DNA of 64,000 bases from Ignavibacteriota bacterium. GTDB lineage: Bacteria > Bacteroidota > Ignavibacteria > Palsa-1295. Every line of letters begins with the position of its first letter. The first letter of the stretch is position 1. The stretch spans positions 1,056,001-1,120,000 of the forward strand of contig CAWBEI010000002.1 in NCBI GenBank assembly GCA_963787835.1. The letters run 5' to 3'. Of the stretch, positions 59,156 to 64,000 are shown one piece after another. The position numbers were made by a program, and so were the translations under genes. The notes under the pieces are model-generated. The model was not told where the DNA came from. It did no database searches and saw only the letters and a program-made list of their open reading frames with translations.

Positions 59156-60466
59156 TTAAGCAGTTAGTACCGCTTTCGTCCCATCCAAAAACTTCCCAAT
59201 ATCGTCCGGCGATGTATAAATATGCACGCTGAACCGGTTCGCCTGTAGGTTGCCTTCCGGCACAATGCGCGTCCGGGCTTTGCATGTGTCCATTAGTTTG
59301 TTCGCGAACACGTGATAATCCATTGTATCGAGCTTGATCGTGGTTAAGCTCGTTACCGATGTGCTTGGAGTGAGAAAGCGGAAATGCCCATCGCTCATGT
59401 CGTGAAGGCCAGAGCGTAAGATTCCTGTAAGCTGTTTCACGCGCGCTTCGATCTTATCGAACCCGATCTTTTCCATGAATTCGATCGCGCACTGGAGGCC
59501 GTCGAACAGCGCAAAGTTTTGTGTTGCAAAGTCATAGCGCGAAGCAGTGGGAAGGAAATCGAGCTTGCCATTATACCCCCAATATTTATCCACTTCGGCA
59601 CCGCTCCACGTGGGAATCACATGCTCCATGAAATCGGGTGAAATATAGAGGAATCCGATGCCTTTTGGTCCGCATAGCCATTTGTGGCCACATGAGGCGT
59701 AGGCGTGGACTCCGAGATCCCGCACATCCGTTTGCAGCATTCCCGGTGGGTGCGCCCCGTCGGAAAGGAACCAAATATTCTTCGAACGCGCCAGTGCCGC
59801 CAGCCGCTTGATCGGCAGCAGATGCCCCGTGGTGCAGGTGAGATGTGGCATCGAGATCGCGCGGGTGCGCGGCGTAATGGCGTCCGATACGCGCTGGACG
59901 AACTCATCGTCGCTGTAGGGGTTCAGGTGTTCATCGGTAAGCGGAACGAATTTAATTTCGATCCCATCACGCTTTTTTCGCGCAAGCCACGGGATCGCAT
60001 TGCCGGCATGCTCTTGGTTGGTCAGCAATACTTCATCTCCGGCTTTAAGATCGATGCCGCTCGAAACGATTGAGATCGCCTCGCTAACATTATGCGTGAA
60101 CGCGATCTGGTCACCACTTTCAGCATTCACTACTCGTGCGAGCGCCGTGCGTATGGCTTCGTAATCACCACCGTAATCGCCGGTAGAATCGACATGCGTG
60201 ATACGGCTTGTGACCCGCTCCGTCACCGCATAGGGGCTTGGTCCCATCGTGCCATTGTTAAAATAGAGCAGATTCTGTGTTATTGGGAACTCGTCGCGGA
60301 TCAGGTTCCAGTACGCTTCGTCGGCCTCCAAAGCTGGAACAATAGCAGCCGGTGTGGAGGGTTTTCCGTTCGTGGTGGCAAGGGAATCGAGGGTAAGCCC
60401 GCGTTTGCGGGCAGAAATGGCTGTGGTCGATGCCAAGCCTATTTGAAGGAATGTCCGTCGGTCCAT
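59156..60466 (-). CDS. Class V PLP-dependent enzyme (isopenicillin-N epimerase / cysteine lyase-like) with Tat-type signal
   Basis: 'MDRRTFL', 'YFNNGTMGPSP', 'DGAH', PLP lysine 'SCGHKWLCGPKG.G'. Confidence 0.85.
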   Translation of the reverse strand: MDRRTFLQIGLASTTAISARKRGLTLDSLATTNGKPSTPAAIVPALEADEAYWNLIRDEFPITQNLLYFNNGTMGPSPYAVTERVTSRITHVDSTGDYGGDYEAIRTALARVVNAESGDQIAFTHNVSEAISIVSSGIDLKAGDEVLLTNQEHAGNAIPWLARKKRDGIEIKFVPLTDEHLNPYSDDEFVQRVSDAITPRTRAISMPHLTCTTGHLLPIKRLAALARSKNIWFLSDGAHPPGMLQTDVRDLGVHAYASCGHKWLCGPKGIGFLYISPDFMEHVIPTWSGAEVDKYWGYNGKLDFLPTASRYDFATQNFALFDGLQCAIEFMEKIGFDKIEARVKQLTGILRSGLHDMSDGHFRFLTPSTSVTSLTTIKLDTMDYHVFANKLMDTCKARTRIVPEGNLQANRFSVHIYTSPDDIGKFLDGTKAVLTA

Positions 60467-60616
60467 AATTAATTCTTTGATCCGAATCATTGAAAACCGC
60501 GTGAATTCAGCAATCATTCAATCGAAATATGAATTCACGGCACCTATTCGCAGGTGCGTTTGTCATTGCTAAAGTAAGAAGATCCCCGCAAGTAACTCGT
60601 TCCAACGAATAATCAC

Positions 60617-61489
60617 GTGCTTCGATATAAAGCTGACCGGCGCACGCTGGTCTTTATGGCCGCAACCACCGCGATGTTTTTCGCGCAGTGGGTATGGGGC
60701 TTTAACGTCGCGATCTATGTAGTCTATCTCTACCTTTCGATCGCCGTGACGGTCATCGCGCACAATCACAATCACATTCCGATCTGGCGCGGAAAGAAAT
60801 TGAACGCGCTTACCGATTATTGGCTGACGATCTTCTACGGGTTCCCGGCCTTCGCATGGATCCCAACGCACAACATGAACCACCATGCGCTAAACAATCG
60901 TGAGGGCGACTACACCATCACCTACCGCCTGACCGAGCACAATAATCTGCTGATGTTGCTTCTATACCCGACCGTCAGTAGTTATTACCAGCAAAAGCCG
61001 ATACGCGATTACCTCAAGCGGCAATGGGCGGAAGACAGGTCATACTACTGGCACTGCGTTTCACAATATATCCTCCTTGCCGTCTGGATTGCCGTGGCGT
61101 TGATCATCGACTGGAAAAAAGCGCTGCTCTTTGTCGTCATTCCGCAGCAGGTGGGGCTATTCAGCGTACTCATCTTCAATTTTGTTCAGCATGTTCACGC
61201 CGATGAAGAGTCCGAATGGAACCACTCTCGCAATTTTGTCGGGTTCCTGAACAAGATGCTATTCAATAATGGTTACCATACCGTGCATCATGAAAAAGCC
61301 GGCTTGCACTGGAGCAATGCGCCCGCTGCCCATGCCAAAGTTGCTTCCAAGATCTCTCCCGATCTACAGCAACCCGGATTCTGGAGCTTTATCTTCAAAT
61401 CCTATTTTCTCGGTATGGTTGTACCACGCTACCGCACACACTCGATGCGACTAGAGCGAATCGCCCGACAGAAACAGATCACTGTTTAG
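60617..61489 (+). CDS. Membrane fatty-acid desaturase family protein
   Basis: His boxes 'HNHNH', 'HNMNHH', 'QH', 'N.GYHTVHH'. Confidence 0.9.
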   Translation: MLRYKADRRTLVFMAATTAMFFAQWVWGFNVAIYVVYLYLSIAVTVIAHNHNHIPIWRGKKLNALTDYWLTIFYGFPAFAWIPTHNMNHHALNNREGDYTITYRLTEHNNLLMLLLYPTVSSYYQQKPIRDYLKRQWAEDRSYYWHCVSQYILLAVWIAVALIIDWKKALLFVVIPQQVGLFSVLIFNFVQHVHADEESEWNHSRNFVGFLNKMLFNNGYHTVHHEKAGLHWSNAPAAHAKVASKISPDLQQPGFWSFIFKSYFLGMVVPRYRTHSMRLERIARQKQITV

Positions 61490-63698
61490 TAACGCTTTTG
61501 GTTTCCATCCGCCCAGCAAGATGGCAAACGACAAAATAGACTCCACTCGGGAGCGACTCAATCTCTATCGACGATGTCGTAAGTGCCGGAGCACTTGCAT
61601 CGAGAACCTCTCTGCCAATTACATCATAGATCGCGATCGAAGCAGGAAGCACATCATCGTTTTTCACGAACAGTTCGTCACCCGCCGGATTTGGGTACAC
61701 GGATATCTCTTGTGAAACAATTGAAACTTCTTCAACTCCGCTTTGCACTCCGAGTGTTTTTACTGCCCAATGATTATCCTCGTTGTCAGTGACGCAAAGT
61801 GAAATAGCCTGTCCGCCAATATAGATCGTTAAACTCGGGAGCACTACCCAACTCGACGAAAGCTGCGTTGAACTCGGGCGAAACAATGCCGTTCCAAGAT
61901 CGACCGGTTGCGTTGCGAATGAAGAGATATTCTGAATATCGAAATTCACGGTATTGCCCGTATGCGTTACGGAAGAAGTTACCCAGCCATTGGGAGCTAA
62001 ATACGATACATAGCTAACTAACGAAGAGTCCCAGGAATAGGTAGCCTGAATTTCAGTAATGTACGGCCATAAGGAATCAATATTGATCTGGGAGCTGAGA
62101 TCGACACCCAGCGTGAGCGAATCGAGATGCCCAAAGTATGACGAGGCGGACTCTCTATGAATTTGAGCCGGTTGCGATGTAAACGGCGTGCTCACTACGC
62201 CGATAAGCTGGATGGTAGTATCCTTTGCGCCGGAGCCGAGGTTATATTGCAAGTGCAGAAGCGCGGTATCTGGCCCATGCGTGCCGGCATAACTAACGAG
62301 AATACTATCCAATGTGGCAAGCGATCGCGGCTCGGATCGCGAATCTGTGATCTGAAATGCAGAGGAGCCGGTAAGCCAAATGGAATCAAGTTGGCAAGAG
62401 ATAAAGCTACATCCTAAGGTTTTCACGGGAATTGCTGTCTCAGAGGGAACGCAAGAGGACTGACTGATTTGTGAAACAGTCGGAATAGATAAAGTAGAAT
62501 TAGCCCCTTGGGAGAATGTATAGGTAATACTTTCACAGGTTGAGGTATAATCAAGCAAAGCCGCTTCGCACGTAAATAAATATACAGTGTTCAATTCGGT
62601 GCATTGCATCGTATCAAAAGATTTGATCATAATAGCAGCCTGAGAAGTTCGGTTAACGTTTGGCGCTGGCCCGATCCAGGATTTCCCCGTTTTAAGATCA
62701 ATTAAATCGCATGCTTCGACGGTTGGATAATCCCCGGGTATATCCAATCCACCAATAGTTATAATAGAGTCTCCTTGAACGTCGAAGGAAGAACCATAAT
62801 CATGGCCATAGGGTAAAAAACCTCCTGTGCTCCACGATAACGTCGTGGGGTTAAAAACCTGAACGCGTTTCGTTGTAGTCCGATTTTCATTGCGACCGGC
62901 CATCAGCGCAAAATTGCCTTCCGGCGTTTCTACAAGTTGATTATAACCCTCCTCTGCTTCTATCAAAGGACTAAGAAGTTTCCATTTAGAAGTGTTTAGA
63001 TCATAGAATTGAACGAGTCCAACAGGGTGTTCAAAAGAAAGTTGAAAGACTCCTCCTGCCGCAATAATCCCGTTCAGAGTTTTGGAATAGACCATTTCAT
63101 AGCCGTAACACGATGGCTGTGGATTATCAATCGTCGACATCGTCTCGGTTGCGGGGTCGAACTTTTCCGCTAAATTCGTCATATCGGAACTTGTTGAATC
63201 GGTCCCGCCTAGGATCAGAACCTTTCCATTGGGTAGGGTTATTGCTTCAAATTGAGTTCTGGTACGAGCCATGCTTGCAGTATATTCCCAAGTTCCTGAA
63301 GCTGGATCATAAATCTCACAAGTGTTTGTAGGATTAGAATTACTTAGTGTCCATCCGCCAGCAACAAAAATTCTCCCATCTTGCAGCGTTGCATGTGCGA
63401 ACCAAAATCGAGGAGTATTCAAACTACCGGTGATAGACCACGTATCGGACTTCGGGTCGTAAATCTCACATTCGTTTATTGCTGTGGGCTGTATTTCGCC
63501 ACCTATCAATAAAATCCTTCCATCGGGCAATAGAGCACAATCAGGGCGCTCTCTTGCAAGCAAAACAGGTGCAATATATTGCCAAGACTGCGCTTGAACC
63601 AAGTCCGTTCCAAAGAGCACAATGAAAAGCCCTATAAGAAAGCCGCGACACACAATTGCGCGGACGAAGCGCGAAGTACGTAATGAAGATTGCAACAT
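61479..63698 (-). CDS. Kelch-repeat secreted protein with T9SS-type CTD
   Basis: Repeated 'L.DG.IL..GG....E.YDP....W'; 'VYPNPA...IYDVIGREV...LPSGVYFV'. Confidence 0.88.
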   Translation of the reverse strand: MLQSSLRTSRFVRAIVCRGFLIGLFIVLFGTDLVQAQSWQYIAPVLLARERPDCALLPDGRILLIGGEIQPTAINECEIYDPKSDTWSITGSLNTPRFWFAHATLQDGRIFVAGGWTLSNSNPTNTCEIYDPASGTWEYTASMARTRTQFEAITLPNGKVLILGGTDSTSSDMTNLAEKFDPATETMSTIDNPQPSCYGYEMVYSKTLNGIIAAGGVFQLSFEHPVGLVQFYDLNTSKWKLLSPLIEAEEGYNQLVETPEGNFALMAGRNENRTTTKRVQVFNPTTLSWSTGGFLPYGHDYGSSFDVQGDSIITIGGLDIPGDYPTVEACDLIDLKTGKSWIGPAPNVNRTSQAAIMIKSFDTMQCTELNTVYLFTCEAALLDYTSTCESITYTFSQGANSTLSIPTVSQISQSSCVPSETAIPVKTLGCSFISCQLDSIWLTGSSAFQITDSRSEPRSLATLDSILVSYAGTHGPDTALLHLQYNLGSGAKDTTIQLIGVVSTPFTSQPAQIHRESASSYFGHLDSLTLGVDLSSQINIDSLWPYITEIQATYSWDSSLVSYVSYLAPNGWVTSSVTHTGNTVNFDIQNISSFATQPVDLGTALFRPSSTQLSSSWVVLPSLTIYIGGQAISLCVTDNEDNHWAVKTLGVQSGVEEVSIVSQEISVYPNPAGDELFVKNDDVLPASIAIYDVIGREVLDASAPALTTSSIEIESLPSGVYFVVCHLAGRMETKSVTKQ

Positions 63699-63725
63699 TG
63701 TCTTATTACATTATTCAGAATTTAT

Positions 63726-64000
63726 TTACTGCACTTTATTAACTCGAAACGTTGTAACCCTGTCTCCAATATGTCCCACAAGCACATACGAACCCTGCGC
63801 GAGCCCTGCTATATTGATGGAACCCGTCGAACCCGCAAGAACATTCCCGCTAGCCACCTCTCTGCCGATCACATCATAGATCGCGATCGAAGCAGGAAGC
63901 ACATCATCGTTCTTCACGAACAGCTCATCACTCGCCGGGTTGGGAAATACTTCCAACTCTTCGCCACCTTTTGGGAGAGGCTGGGTGAGGGGAGTGACTC
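63726..64000 (-). CDS. C-terminal end (T9SS-type CTD) of a secreted protein continuing beyond the window
   Basis: Frame open to window edge: ..VTPLTQPLPKGGEELEVFPNPASDELFV...IYDVIGREV... Confidence 0.8.
   Translation of the reverse strand, partial: VTPLTQPLPKGGEELEVFPNPASDELFVKNDDVLPASIAIYDVIGREVASGNVLAGSTGSINIAGLAQGSYVLVGHIGDRVTTFRVNKVQ

Overview
Bacterial chromosomal window, most likely from an FCB-group organism (Bacteroidota/Ignavibacteria/Kapabacteria-like). This is inferred from several proteins with T9SS-type C-terminal sorting domains and from sparse Shine-Dalgarno signals. Contents in order: the tail of an alternative complex III / caa3-type oxidase operon (1-6003); an AT-richer two-gene insert, a large N6-adenine methyltransferase with an apparently dead nuclease N-terminus plus an overlapping His-motif protein (6045-9210); housekeeping genes (BadF-type kinase, Leu dehydrogenase, YfhO, mlaEF, thyX, nth, gap, lgt, mtnN); a diheme cytochrome; a TolC-MFP-RND efflux operon; a heptose-type cluster (HddA-like kinase, histidine phosphatase, GmhA); an accessory stretch of small secreted and membrane ORFs (37-40.3 kb); four large secreted proteins (three with IgGFc-binding domains) around dtd; comEC; a putative Cys-rich leader plus outer-membrane protein; kbl; lpdA; a Tat-type PLP enzyme; a desaturase; and T9SS Kelch and CTD proteins. 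No rRNA, tRNA, CRISPR array, integrase or transposase was seen. The best leads are (i) the methyltransferase plus HxH-protein pair as a candidate defence system and (ii) a promoter-bearing modular non-coding element present twice (9.3-9.7 kb and, inverted, 36.6-36.85 kb), each copy bordering an accessory island. There are also several families of intergenic palindromes and inverted heptamer arrays, some translated inside proteins. All family assignments come from motif recognition, not database searches.
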